Assembly: GCA_963699255.1 (NCBI GenBank)
Contig: OY969425.1
Span: forward strand, 270,001-302,000
DNA from: an uncultured bacterium
Lineage (GTDB): Bacteria > Margulisbacteria > WOR-1 > CAVSGV01
Length of the DNA: 32,000 nt
Reading direction: 5' to 3'
Program-made: the position numbers and the translations under genes
The notes under the pieces: model-generated
The model's database searches: none
What the model was told of the DNA's origin: nothing
What the model saw: only the letters and a program-made list of their open reading frames with translations
In this document: positions 19,872-29,224 of the stretch, piece by piece
Position numbering within the stretch: the first letter of the stretch is position 1
Layout of the letters: every line of letters begins with the position of its first letter

Positions 19872-20289
19872 GGCTTCACCGGTCGGACCAATAAGGCCTT
19901 GAATTCCTTGAGGCCCGGCTTCACCAGTTAAGCCTATAGGACCTTGGGGACCAATAGCTCCAGTCTCACCAGTTGCACCGATAGGGCCTTGAATTCCTTG
20001 AGGCCCGGCTTCACCAGTTAATCCGATAGGACCTTGGGGACCAATAGCGCCAGTTTCACCAGTTGCACCGATAGGACCTTGAATTCCTTGAGGGCCGGCT
20101 TCACCGGTTAATCCGATAGGGCCTTGTATACCTTGAGGCCCGGCTTCACCAGTTAATCCGATAGGACCTTGTGGACCAACAGCGCCAGTCTCACCGGTTA
20201 GACCGATCGGCCCTTGCATTCCTTGAATGCCTTGGATACCTTGAGGGCCAGCTTCACCGGTTGGGCCTTGTGGGCCTGCTTCGCCCGAT
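19872..20289 (-). repeat. Collagen-like Gly-X-X repeat region in the split giant gene
   Basis: [52 protein letters not shown]... uninterrupted GXX. Confidence 0.92.
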
Positions 20290-20726
20290 GCCCAGATCGG
20301 ATTTTGAGATGCGCCTTGGGTCTTTAAAAAGTATCCGCTGGTTCCTGCCGTAAGACTTGCCCAATTTGTCCCATTGAAATAAAGAATATCTCCTTGAACC
20401 TGGCCGGGAATGTTAAGACCCGCAGCCATCGATGCCGTTCCTGATAAAGGGGTGTAATTTGCCGTGATATTTGAAAGAGCAGAGCCGTTTCCAATGAAGA
20501 AGTCTGCTTCAACCGTGCCTCCGTTAGCCAGTATTCCCGACGGCGTGAATAATTGAGATTCTATCGTTGCAGCTCCCAGAACTATAAGACCACCGGGGAC
20601 CTTTAATCCCAGGGCAACAGGATACGCAGCACCTCCAAACAGGAAGATCAGAATCAGTACGGTAAGTACCATTCTTTTCATTTCAGCACCTTCATTTTAT
20701 TTGTATGTTGCTTGCTTATATACATT

Positions 20727-23700
20727 TTAGAATTTATGGATCCAGATCGTGACTGTCCCTCCCGAATCATTGGTCAATGCTATGCCTATGCATGCGCCAA
20801 CCGTCAAATCGCCGGGTACGGACTGTATTTTGCCGGGCGCTAAGTCTGTTTCAACAGCATCTCCGCGGTGTATCGTACCTGTCGCTTTCGCGTTGGTCAC
20901 CCTGCCGGAGTATGCGACATATACTGTCTGGCCCGCGGCGGTTGTTGTGTTCATCGCAAAGCCCATCACGCCCTGGTCCGCTTCAACCGTTGTTTCCCTT
21001 ACCTGATTATCGGCGCTAGGATCATAGGCCACAACATCCCCGGCCGCTATGGCTGAAGCCGCTGTCATTGGAAGTGCAATGGTGCCGCTGCCGGAAGTGG
21101 AACTGTCGCTTAAATATGCATTTTTGCCGCTCGGGATAACAACATCCCCGCCGTTAAAGGATTCGGCCGTAACATATCCGCTCGTGCTGATATTGATCGC
21201 GCTAGATACGTTTGCCGCCGTTGAAGCAGTCCCTGCCAATGTAGCATAATCAGCGGAAACGGCGGTAGTAGAAGTTCCCGCCAGAGTCGCATAATTTGCT
21301 GTTGCTGCATTTGTGGCCGTGACTCCGGTCAGCTTCGATCCATCACCGTAGAATCTGCCGGTTGAGGATTCGATAGAAGCTGAACCGATCTTGACATTTC
21401 CGTTGACTGACAACTCATATCCCGCTTCGGGGGTCAAAGTTCCCAAGCCGGTGCTGCCATTCATAACAAGGAACCTTCCGGTATCAGCAGCGCTACCGCC
21501 GCTCCCCAAACTGACCTTGAAATCTCCGCCCTTTGTGCCGGGTCCGCCCGAGCCGGTCCCTGTAGTAAAGAGCATGCTTCCTCCCGCCACCCCACCTCCG
21601 AGGCCTGCAGTAAAAGAAAACCCGCCGGCGTTTATGCTGCCCGAAGAGGCCGTGAAAGAGAAAGAACCGCCGCCGCCGGACCCGCCTCCGGTGGACATTG
21701 ATATTCCTCCACCAACGCCGCTGGCCGTAGCGCCGGAAACTGTAAATGTTCCTCCGGTACCTCCGGGAGAAGTATTAGCACCGCCTGTTAGAATTACGCT
21801 GCCACCCGCGCCTGATCCTATTGGCCCGCTACCGGCGGTCAATCTAATGGCTTCTCCCGATGTGCCGTCATTGCCGCCCACGACATGCAGGACACCGGTC
21901 GGATTTGAAGTCCCGATGCCGACGTTGCCGCCAAAAGTGGCCCCTGCCGAATTAGTCAAAGTTCCCGTCATGATATCGCCGGCCTTAAGGACTGCTGTCG
22001 TGGCAACTGTTGAAGTGCCGGACAAAGTTGCATAAGCTGCGGCAGCCGCAGTCGATACCGTGCCAGCTAAATCAGCATAATTAGCTGTGTTAGAATTTCC
22101 AGAGCAAGTAGAGGATGTTCCTGATAAAGCAGCGAAATCAGCAGAGGCGGCAGAAGTTGCAGTTCCTGCCAAGGTTGCATAATTAGCAGAAGCGGCAGTA
22201 GTAGAAGTTCCTGCCAGGGTCGAATAATTTGCCGTTGCTGCATTTGTTGCCGTTATGCCGGTCAGCGCCGATCCATCGCCGTAATATTTGCCGGTTGAGG
22301 ATTCAATAGAAGCTGAACCGATCTTGACATTTCCGATGACAGAGAGCCTGATTCCGGCTTCCGGGGTCAATGTTCCTATCCCGACGTTGCCGCCCATAAA
22401 AGTAAATTTAGCATTATTTCCACCTTCGGAGAGATTCGTAAAGAACATAGATCCGGGTGTTGGAGAATTGGACAGGATGAAATTAAGATCGCCGGCATTG
22501 CCAGCACTGCCGCCTACACCCGTCGTTAATGTTATATTACCCCCTTTTTCATTTTCGCCCGCGGAGGTAGTTCCATTTTGGCCTGTTATGGTTATAGCCG
22601 CCCCCGGATTGCCGCTTGGGGCGCTTCCGCCATTTACGCTTAAAATTCCTCTAACATCCAGCTTCGCTCCCGGACTCGTGGTTCCAATGCCGACGTTGCC
22701 GCCTGAAACAATAAGTTGATTAGTACCGACTGTTAATCCGCTTGCGGGCAAGGTCAGAGTTCCGGTCATGGTGTCGCCGGCTTTTAGCACATTGTCTGAG
22801 GCCGCGCCCGAACAGGCGGACGAAGTTCCACTCAAAGTAGCAAAATCAGCAGAAGAGGCGGTAGTAGCAGTTCCTGCCAAAGACGCGTAATTTGCAGCAG
22901 CCGCAGCCGATACCGTTCCAGCTAAATCAGCATAATTAGCTGTGTTAGAATTTCCAGAGCAAGTAGAGGATGTTCCTGATAAAGCAGCGAAATCAGCAGA
23001 GGCGGCAGAAGTTGCAGTTCCTGCCAAGGTTGCATAATTAGCAGAAGCGGCAGTAGTAGAAGTTCCTGCCAGGGTCGAATAATTTGCCGTTGCTGCATTT
23101 GTTGCCGTTATGCCGGTCAGCGCCGATCCATCGCCGTAATATTTGCCGGTTGAGGATTCAATAGAAGCTGAACCGATATTGACATTTCCGTTTACTGACA
23201 ATTCGTATCCGGCTTCCGGAGTCATCGTTCCCAATCCGATGCTGCCGTTCATAACGCTGAATCTTCCGTTATCGGCGGCACTGCCACCGCTACCCAAATT
23301 GACCCTAAAATCCCCGCCCCTTGTGCCGGGCCCACCCGAGCCAATTCCTGTAGTAAATGTCATTCCCCCTCCCGTACCTCCGCCGCCGAGGCCGGCAGTA
23401 AAGGAAAATCCGCCGCCGGCACCGGCCCCTGAAGCAGCCGTGAAAGAGAAAGAACCGTTACCGCCGGATCCTGCTGCGGAGGTCATTGATATACCCCCGC
23501 CTCCGCCGCCGATTGAACCGCCGGAAACTGTTATCGCTGCTCCGCCAGCACCGGGAGAAAGAGAACCACCACCATTTATCAGGACACTACCACCCGCGCC
23601 TCCTCCTGCTGGTCCAGCACCCGCAATCAATCGAATGGATTCTCCCGATACGCCGTTGTTGTCGCCCACAACATGCAGTTTTCCTGTCGGACTCGTCGTC

Positions 23701-26700
23701 CCGATGCCGACATCGCCTCCTATGACAACAAGTTGACTGGTGCCGACCAATAAACCGCTGGCGGGCAGAGTCAAAGTTCCGGTCATGGTATCGCCGGCCT
23801 TAAGGACTGCTGTCGTGGCAACCGTTGAAGTGCCGGACAAAATTGCGTAATCTGCAAAAGCTGCAGTCGATGCCGTTCCAGCTAAATCAGCATAATTAGC
23901 TGTGTTAGAATTTCCAGAGCAAGTAGAGGATGTTCCTGATAAGATCGCGTAAGAAGCTGAGCCTGAACAGGATGACGCAGTTCCACTCAAAGTCGCATAA
24001 CCCGCATTAGTTGCTGTTCCACTTAAAGTTGCGTATACTGCGGTTGAAGATGTGCCGGATAATACGGCATAATTTGCCGTCGTTGCCGTGACCCCGGTCA
24101 GCGCAGATCCGTCGCCGTAATATTTGCCTCCGGCTTCCAGAGTGATGCTTCCAGCCACCTGAAGTTTTTGTAAAGGATTCGTTGTCCCGATGCCGACATT
24201 GCCGACCGCATTAGAGCCATTATGCGCTAAAATAACATTACCCGAAGTCCCCCCCGTAATCCCAGATACATAAACAGAACCACCATTTGGCCCGGCACCC
24301 CCAAAAAGATACAGGTTGCCTGGAGTGCCGCTGCTAGATCCCGCCTGTACAGTAAGATTTCTACCAGTGGTAGCTTCACCTTGTATGGATATGGTTCTGG
24401 CGGCTCCCGAAGATAGCAGGATATTACCGTTAACCTCAAGGCTTGCTCCCGGACTCGTTGTCCCGATGCCGACCTTGCCGCCTGAAACAACCAGTTGACT
24501 GGTGCCGACTGTTAAACCGTTTGCGGGCAAAGTCAGCGTTCCTGTCATTGTATCGCCGGCCTTAAGGACTGCTGTGGTGGCAACTGTTGAAGTGCCGGAC
24601 AAGGTTGCATAATTTGCATTGGCCGCGGTGACATTTGTAATTGTATTGAGCGAGCCGTCTATTGTCTTATTGGTCAGCACTTGAGCATCCGATGTCCCGA
24701 CTATCTGGCCGGTCGTTCCGTGCGCTATCACTTCACCTGTATGGGTATTGAAGGTGGCAAGGTCAGCCTTAGATTCAACTGATGCCGCTGTTGCAAAGTA
24801 GGAGGGGAGGTTACCGCCTAACCTGTTCGTGTCCTCGGAAGTACCCGTGAATGTCCCGCTGAACGCTGTCGCGGTTACAAGTCCTGTTGTGTTGATATTT
24901 ATATTCGTTGCAAGAGCGCTGTCCGCTATCTTATTCGTGGCCGTGTCAATTTTGCTCCAGTCAACCCCCGATATTTGCGAATTGGATATACCCAAAGCTT
25001 TTACCTCAAGTGACTGATTGCCATTCAGATCAACAGTGATATTATCGTACTTATTTGTTGCGGCTTCACCGGTTAATCCGATAGGTCCTTGAGGACCGAC
25101 AGCACCAGCTTCACCAGTCAAACCGATAGGACCTTGAGGACCGATAGCTCCAGTTTCACCAGTCAAACCGATAGGACCTTGAGGACCGATAGCTCCAGTT
25201 TCACCAGTAGGACCAACAGCGCCAGTCTCACCTGTTAAACCAATAGGACCTTGAATGCCTTGAATACCTTGTGGTCCGGCTTCACCAGTTAAGCCTATAG
25301 GACCTTGCGAACCGACAGCGCCAGTTTCGCCAGTTGCACCAGTTAGACCTTGAATTCCCTGAATACCTTGTATACCTTGAGGACCTGCTTCACCAGTTAA
25401 ACCTATAGGACCTTGCGGACCGACAGCGCCAGTTTCGCCAGTTGCACCAGTTAGACCTTGAATTCCCTGAATACCTTGTATACCTTGAGGACCTGCTTCA
25501 CCAGTTAAACCTATAGGACCTTGCGGACCGACAGCGCCAGTTTCGCCAGTTGCACCAGTTAGACCTTGAATTCCCTGAATACCTTGTATACCTTGAGGAC
25601 CTGCTTCACCAGTTAAGCCTACAGGACCTTGAGGACCGATAGCTCCGGTTTCTCCTGTTGCACCAGTCAGACCAATAGGACCTTGAATTCCTTGAATACC
25701 TTGAAGGCCTTGAATGCCTTGTAAACCTTGAGGCCCAGCTTCGCCAGTCAGACCGATCGGACCTTGAATTCCCTGTAAACCTTGAGGTCCTGCTTCGCCA
25801 GTTGGACCTTGCGGGCCTGCTTCGCCCGATGCCGGCGCCCAGATCGGATTTTGAGATGCGCCCTGGGTCTTGAGGAAAAGTCCATTAGTTCCTGCTGTAA
25901 GCCTTGTCCATCTTGATCCATTGTAATACAGAACATCACCTTGCGATGCGGCATCTGTTGTTACAACAGTTGAAGATAATCTTGTGTTGCTGATCGTCCC
26001 TGATGTGATATTCGTCGCGCTCAGGTTTGTGAGAGAGTTGCTTCCTCCGTCCAAAGTTTTGTTGGTCAATGTTTGCGCGTCCGTTGTAGTTACGACCACG
26101 TTCGTATCGATCGTTAAAGTTCCTGTCGCTGTTATCGGGCCTCCAAGCAATCCTACACTTGTGTTGACCTGGGTGACAGTGCCTCCGCCCCCTCCGCCTC
26201 CTGTTGCAGATATTTCGATCGTTTGACCGCTTTGAGAGAGAGAGACATTCGTTCCGCCTTTAAGGATTACAGTTCCAGTTAAAACAGTCGCGCCGGATGA
26301 GGATATTCCTGTAACAGAGACCGGAAATATTGAAGAGGCGAGTTTTCCAGTGCCGTCGGTAAACGGAATTATGTCGGCTCCCGACGCTTCTATCGATTTT
26401 CCAGCGACTGTTGTTGAATCGTCCGCCTGAAGCGCCCTGTACGCGTGCGCCGCGCTCGCTATCTGGACCCTTGGCGTCATTTCGCCGTCCGATCCGATCT
26501 CAACACCCAACCATCTGTTCGAGCCGTTAAAAGCATTGGACTGGAAAAAAATTGCCGCGCTGAATATGCCGTTGCTGTCCGGAGTAAGAGCTTCCGTGGA
26601 TGTGCCGTTCGTGACTGGAACGCCGCCGCTTGCCTGGCTGTATAACCTGAATGTGAAGCTTTGGGAAGTTGTTACGGGATTGCCGCTTGAATCCGTCAGC

Positions 26701-26795
26701 CGTCCCTCATAACCAATTATTTGCGGTATTGCCGCATAACACACCCCTGCGAAGAGTGATAATATGAACAGTAAAAAGATAAATTTCTTGAACAT
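20727..26795 (-). CDS. Giant (2022 aa) secreted modular repeat protein: signal peptide, collagen-like GXX, AXX tracts, VGIGTTSP-type tail-fibre modules, glycine-rich sheets, conserved C-terminal cap
   Basis: Signal peptide [21 protein letters not shown]; [32 protein letters not shown]; about 250 residues GXX; repeated [18 protein letters not shown]; C-terminal [32 protein letters not shown]... IHKF. Confidence 0.85.
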   Translation of the reverse strand: MFKKFIFLLFILSLFAGVCYAAIPQIIGYEGRLTDSSGNPVTTSQSFTFRLYSQASGGVPVTNGTSTEALTPDSNGIFSAAIFFQSNAFNGSNRWLGVEIGSDGEMTPRVQIASAAHAYRALQADDSTTVAGKSIEASGADIIPFTDGTGKLASSIFPVSVTGISSSGATVLTGTVILKGGTNVSLSQSGQTIEISATGGGGGGGTVTQVNTSVGLLGGPITATGTLTIDTNVVVTTTDAQTLTNKTLDGGSNSLTNLSATNITSGTISNTRLSSTVVTTDAASQGDVLYYNGSRWTRLTAGTNGLFLKTQGASQNPIWAPASGEAGPQGPTGEAGPQGLQGIQGPIGLTGEAGPQGLQGIQGLQGIQGIQGPIGLTGATGETGAIGPQGPVGLTGEAGPQGIQGIQGIQGLTGATGETGAVGPQGPIGLTGEAGPQGIQGIQGIQGLTGATGETGAVGPQGPIGLTGEAGPQGIQGIQGIQGLTGATGETGAVGSQGPIGLTGEAGPQGIQGIQGPIGLTGETGAVGPTGETGAIGPQGPIGLTGETGAIGPQGPIGLTGEAGAVGPQGPIGLTGEAATNKYDNITVDLNGNQSLEVKALGISNSQISGVDWSKIDTATNKIADSALATNININTTGLVTATAFSGTFTGTSEDTNRLGGNLPSYFATAASVESKADLATFNTHTGEVIAHGTTGQIVGTSDAQVLTNKTIDGSLNTITNVTAANANYATLSGTSTVATTAVLKAGDTMTGTLTLPANGLTVGTSQLVVSGGKVGIGTTSPGASLEVNGNILLSSGAARTISIQGEATTGRNLTVQAGSSSGTPGNLYLFGGAGPNGGSVYVSGITGGTSGNVILAHNGSNAVGNVGIGTTNPLQKLQVAGSITLEAGGKYYGDGSALTGVTATTANYAVLSGTSSTAVYATLSGTATNAGYATLSGTASSCSGSASYAILSGTSSTCSGNSNTANYADLAGTASTAAFADYAILSGTSTVATTAVLKAGDTMTGTLTLPASGLLVGTSQLVVIGGDVGIGTTSPTGKLHVVGDNNGVSGESIRLIAGAGPAGGGAGGSVLINGGGSLSPGAGGAAITVSGGSIGGGGGGISMTSAAGSGGNGSFSFTAASGAGAGGGFSFTAGLGGGGTGGGMTFTTGIGSGGPGTRGGDFRVNLGSGGSAADNGRFSVMNGSIGLGTMTPEAGYELSVNGNVNIGSASIESSTGKYYGDGSALTGITATNAATANYSTLAGTSTTAASANYATLAGTATSAASADFAALSGTSSTCSGNSNTANYADLAGTVSAAAAANYASLAGTATTASSADFATLSGTSSACSGAASDNVLKAGDTMTGTLTLPASGLTVGTNQLIVSGGNVGIGTTSPGAKLDVRGILSVNGGSAPSGNPGAAITITGQNGTTSAGENEKGGNITLTTGVGGSAGNAGDLNFILSNSPTPGSMFFTNLSEGGNNAKFTFMGGNVGIGTLTPEAGIRLSVIGNVKIGSASIESSTGKYYGDGSALTGITATNAATANYSTLAGTSTTAASANYATLAGTATSAASADFAALSGTSSTCSGNSNTANYADLAGTVSTAAAAAYATLSGTSTVATTAVLKAGDIMTGTLTNSAGATFGGNVGIGTSNPTGVLHVVGGNDGTSGEAIRLTAGSGPIGSGAGGSVILTGGANTSPGGTGGTFTVSGATASGVGGGISMSTGGGSGGGGSFSFTASSGSINAGGFSFTAGLGGGVAGGSMLFTTGTGSGGPGTKGGDFKVSLGSGGSAADTGRFLVMNGSTGLGTLTPEAGYELSVNGNVKIGSASIESSTGRFYGDGSKLTGVTATNAATANYATLAGTSTTAVSADYATLAGTASTAANVSSAINISTSGYVTAESFNGGDVVIPSGKNAYLSDSSTSGSGTIALPMTAASAIAAGDVVAYDPSADNQVRETTVEADQGVMGFAMNTTTAAGQTVYVAYSGRVTNAKATGTIHRGDAVETDLAPGKIQSVPGDLTVGACIGIALTNDSGGTVTIWIHKF
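21440..21900 (-). repeat. Internal glycine-rich duplicated module, copy 2 ([26 protein letters not shown]...[13 protein letters not shown])
   Basis: Parallel to the module at about 23240-23680 ([26 protein letters not shown]...[13 protein letters not shown]). Confidence 0.75.
22064..22332 (-). repeat. Direct repeat, copy A (about 265 bp) of the block at 22919-23187
   Basis: Near-identical DNA 'gctaaatcagcataattagctgtgttagaatttccagagcaagtagagg ... gccggttgaggattcaatagaagctgaaccgat' at a constant offset of 855 nt. Confidence 0.85.
22919..23187 (-). repeat. Direct repeat, copy B (855-nt offset from copy A)
   Basis: See copy A. A further partial copy begins at about 23880. Confidence 0.85.
23240..23680 (-). 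repeat. Internal glycine-rich duplicated module, copy 1
   Basis: [43 protein letters not shown]...[30 protein letters not shown]. Confidence 0.75.
25066..25828 (-). repeat. Collagen-like Gly-X-X region with 108-bp (36-aa) tandem DNA repeats
   Basis: Unit [36 protein letters not shown]. The DNA phrase gg(a/t)cc(t/g)gcttcaccagttaa starts at 25273, 25381, 25489 and 25597, exact 108-nt spacing. Confidence 0.93.
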
Positions 26796-27013
26796 ACAAT
26801 ACCCTCCCGCTTAATTTTCTAAGGGTTTCTGTTCTGTTACGATATTTACATTAATATATAGATGACATTTGGTAATAAAACAATATTATTTTACCGCTTT
26901 CATTTTTACGCGTCAAGCAGGCATTTATTAGTATTTATTGAACTTAAGAAGCGGGATATTCAATGTTTACTGGAGGGGAAATTTAAGAAAACACACTTTA
27001 CGCTAAAGAAGGA

Positions 27014-27532
27014 TTATTCCAGCTTTGCGTCTTTTACTTCAATGTCCCATGAACCCTTATCTGTGACAAGAAGGAACTGTATCTTAAAGAGTTTCTTTAT
27101 TTTCCCTTCAAGGGGAACGGATATGGTCGCATATTCATCATCTTTAAGCGTGAACGAGGTTTTTGTCACGGACGGGGTATAGTCGTCATCCTTTTCATCA
27201 TAAACCTGAACAACGGGGAAGCACCACTGCCCCTGTTTGATCAGTTTGCCCCTGATGGCGAAAGTGAAGTATTTCGGGTTGGAAACGTCTTTGTCTATTT
27301 TTTCAAAATAAACGCCGGGATCCGTCGCGTCATTCGCAAATATCCTTATGAGGTTCTCCTTGTATTCGTATTCGCAGTTGTTGAAAGCGCCTGAAGATTT
27401 TGCGGCATAGAGGATATTATCCTTTGAGGCCTGATCATCGTTCTTTGTTGCCTGATCGTCGTTCGCGGGTTGGACGAACCCGCAGGCCAGGACCACAAGC
27501 AGTAATGCTACGGAGATTTTTAATGAACGCAT
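27014..27532 (-). CDS. Small secreted protein of unknown function (track start 27577; start MRSLKISVALLL at 27532 preferred)
   Basis: Signal peptide MRSLKISVALLLVVLACGFVQPA, direct repeat NDDQATK/NDDQASK, then beta-rich domain. Confidence 0.6.
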   Translation of the reverse strand: MRSLKISVALLLVVLACGFVQPANDDQATKNDDQASKDNILYAAKSSGAFNNCEYEYKENLIRIFANDATDPGVYFEKIDKDVSNPKYFTFAIRGKLIKQGQWCFPVVQVYDEKDDDYTPSVTKTSFTLKDDEYATISVPLEGKIKKLFKIQFLLVTDKGSWDIEVKDAKLE

Positions 27533-27664
27533 ATATTCCTCTGTGTATTTATCGTAACATTTTACCGGAAAATTCACTAAATTTCAACATTGTAAACCGC
27601 TTCAAATGGGGGAGGATATCTCCTGATTACGCCCTTTTCTCTTCGATACGCCTATTAATATGGT

Positions 27665-28729
27665 TTATGTCCGGGAAACTTTAGGCAGAAGGACCCTGAA
27701 AATAGTCCCTTTGCCGTATTCCGACTCCACTTCAATGCTTCCTTTGTGCGCTTCGACAAATGACTTTGAGATATAAAGGCCCAGCCCGGTCCCCTTGTAA
27801 CCCGGAACGTGTTTCGTGAATTTATTGAATATCGTGTCCAGGTTTTCTTTTTTGATGCCGATCCCCGTATCTTTAACATCCATTTCAATATTATCGCCCG
27901 AACTTTTGATGCTGATATTGATCGATCCTTTTTCAGGGGTGTATTTTATGGAGTTGTCTATCAGATTAAATATTATCTGCTTCAATTTCTGGGGGTCCGC
28001 ATAAATCGTCATAGTGGGGTCGTCTATCTTTGTGGTTATCTTTATTTTCTTCTTTTCGGCCTCCGGCCTTATCGACAGGATCACTTCTTCGATCAGGTTG
28101 AAAAGAGGGGAGATCTCAGGGTAGACCTCGATCTTGCCGGATTCGATCTTTGAAAGCTCGATAAGATTGTTGGTCAAGCGGAGCATATCCTGCCCGCTTT
28201 TTTCGATGATGTTCATTAGTTTGAGCTGGCTTTCGTTAAGCTTGGATATTCCGTGCGCCTTGAAAATGTCCATGCCGCTGATGATCGCGGTAATGGGCTC
28301 TTTTAGTTCGTGATTTATTATGCCGATCAATTCGTTTTTCATTTGATTGATCTTGATCTGTTCTTCGTTGCTTTTTTGCAGTTCAATGGCCTTCAAAGTC
28401 GCTTTTTTTTCCGCTTCTTTCAGCTCCTTGTTCATCCTCGCAAGCAGAACGTTATTGACGACGACCTCATTGGTTTCTTTGGAGGCAAGATAATCCAGCA
28501 GCGCCACGAGCAGTATGATCACTATCATGATGTCGAGCACAATGGTCGGAAGATCGCTTATGAAAAAGGTCGTTATGAGCAGCGCGATGATCGAAGCGGA
28601 GATCACAAAGAACTCTATGCCGAAGCATTGTTGGATCCGCTTTTCGCAATATTCGCAGCGCTTGAATGGTTTTAAACCCGTGAGATTTACAAGTATGCAA
28701 TTAAAAGCGTGATTATTATTATTTGCCAT
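27665..28729 (-). CDS. Membrane sensor histidine kinase
   Basis: 354 aa; N-terminal TM pair, H-box NELIGIINHELKEPITAI, N box QIIFNLIDNSIKYTPEKG, G boxes DTGIGI and KGTGLGLYISK. Confidence 0.9.
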   Translation of the reverse strand: MANNNNHAFNCILVNLTGLKPFKRCEYCEKRIQQCFGIEFFVISASIIALLITTFFISDLPTIVLDIMIVIILLVALLDYLASKETNEVVVNNVLLARMNKELKEAEKKATLKAIELQKSNEEQIKINQMKNELIGIINHELKEPITAIISGMDIFKAHGISKLNESQLKLMNIIEKSGQDMLRLTNNLIELSKIESGKIEVYPEISPLFNLIEEVILSIRPEAEKKKIKITTKIDDPTMTIYADPQKLKQIIFNLIDNSIKYTPEKGSINISIKSSGDNIEMDVKDTGIGIKKENLDTIFNKFTKHVPGYKGTGLGLYISKSFVEAHKGSIEVESEYGKGTIFRVLLPKVSRT

Positions 28730-28730
28730 T

Positions 28731-29150
28731 TTAGCGCTCCTTAGATAGACCTTCTGCCTGCCTGCCGGTAGGCAGGGGATACCTTGCCTCGATCGTCGCC
28801 GTCATCCCGCCTCTGGCGTTGAAATTCCCCGTAACGGCCGCCCACTTCGGCTTGCAGGCTTTAACGACATCGTTAAGGATCCTGTTCACGATGTTCTCAT
28901 AGAAGATCCCCAGGACCCGATATCCGATAATGTAATACTTAAGAGATTTAAGCTCAATGCAAAATTTATCCGGCATATATTTTATAATGATCGTTCCGAA
29001 ATCAGGCAATCCGGTCTTAGGGCAGACCGATGTATATTCGGGGATATTTATCGTGATCTCATAGCCCTTGTGCATATTCGGGATGCATTCGATCTTCGGG
29101 AGACTGGTCTCGATCCCGGATACGGAGTGTTTCTTTGTGTATCTGTTCAT
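28731..29150 (-). CDS. queF: NADPH-dependent 7-cyano-7-deazaguanine reductase QueF (track start 29201; MNRYTKKHSVSG start preferred)
   Basis: YTSVCPKTGLPDFGTIIIKYMPDKFCIELKSLKYYIIGYRVLGIFYENIVNRIL...GNFNARGGMTATIEARY (QueF catalytic Cys region and RGG motif). Confidence 0.93.
   Translation of the reverse strand: MNRYTKKHSVSGIETSLPKIECIPNMHKGYEITINIPEYTSVCPKTGLPDFGTIIIKYMPDKFCIELKSLKYYIIGYRVLGIFYENIVNRILNDVVKACKPKWAAVTGNFNARGGMTATIEARYPLPTGRQAEGLSKER
28752..28777. repeat. Short palindromic element in the 3' end of queF (CCTGCCGGTAGGCAGG core)
   Basis: ttctgcctgcctgccggtaggcaggg; CCTGCC/GGCAGG arms; read in frame as PLPTGRQA. Confidence 0.6.
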
Positions 29151-29186
29151 TTGCAAAGACATTATAGCATACGGATAAAAAATATT

Positions 29187-29214
29187 TTGCAAAAACATCA
29201 AAATGCTGTAAAAT
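29187..29214 (+). promoter_or_regulatory. Candidate promoter for polyamine cluster (TTGCAA-N16-TAAAAT)
   Basis: Located in the queF/DHS divergent intergenic region; very close to the ATG at 29225, so either a very short leader or a different start. Confidence 0.3.
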
Positions 29215-29224
29215 AAAAAAGATC

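Larger units (their letters stand above)
15181..20681 (-). pseudogene. Giant secreted repeat protein (paralogue of 20727-26795), interrupted by an apparent 1-nt deletion. Track ORFs 19686..20681 and 15181..19689 are its two halves
   Basis: Upstream ORF has signal peptide plus collagen-like region and runs to NGNGSLEVK then out-of-frame IPVYLIHK... . The other frame continues [46 protein letters not shown], matching the paralogue's [53 protein letters not shown]. Confidence 0.8.

Noticed and set aside
21391-23736. Plus-strand proline-rich ORFs (214, 143, 197 aa)
   Set aside because: Shadow ORFs opposite Gly-rich cassettes; no independent coding evidence.
26445-26645. Plus-strand 66-aa ORF opposite the N-terminus of the giant gene
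   Set aside because: No RBS or similarity; overlaps a well-supported domain on the minus strand.
15181-26795. CRISPR array or VNTR-like noncoding array
   Set aside because: Repeats are long, translated in one frame and have no unique-spacer/identical-repeat alternation of CRISPR type.
12887-26795. Prophage tail region
   Set aside because: Motifs resemble tail fibres, but proteins carry Sec signal peptides and there are no capsid, terminase, tape-measure, lysis or integration genes in the window.
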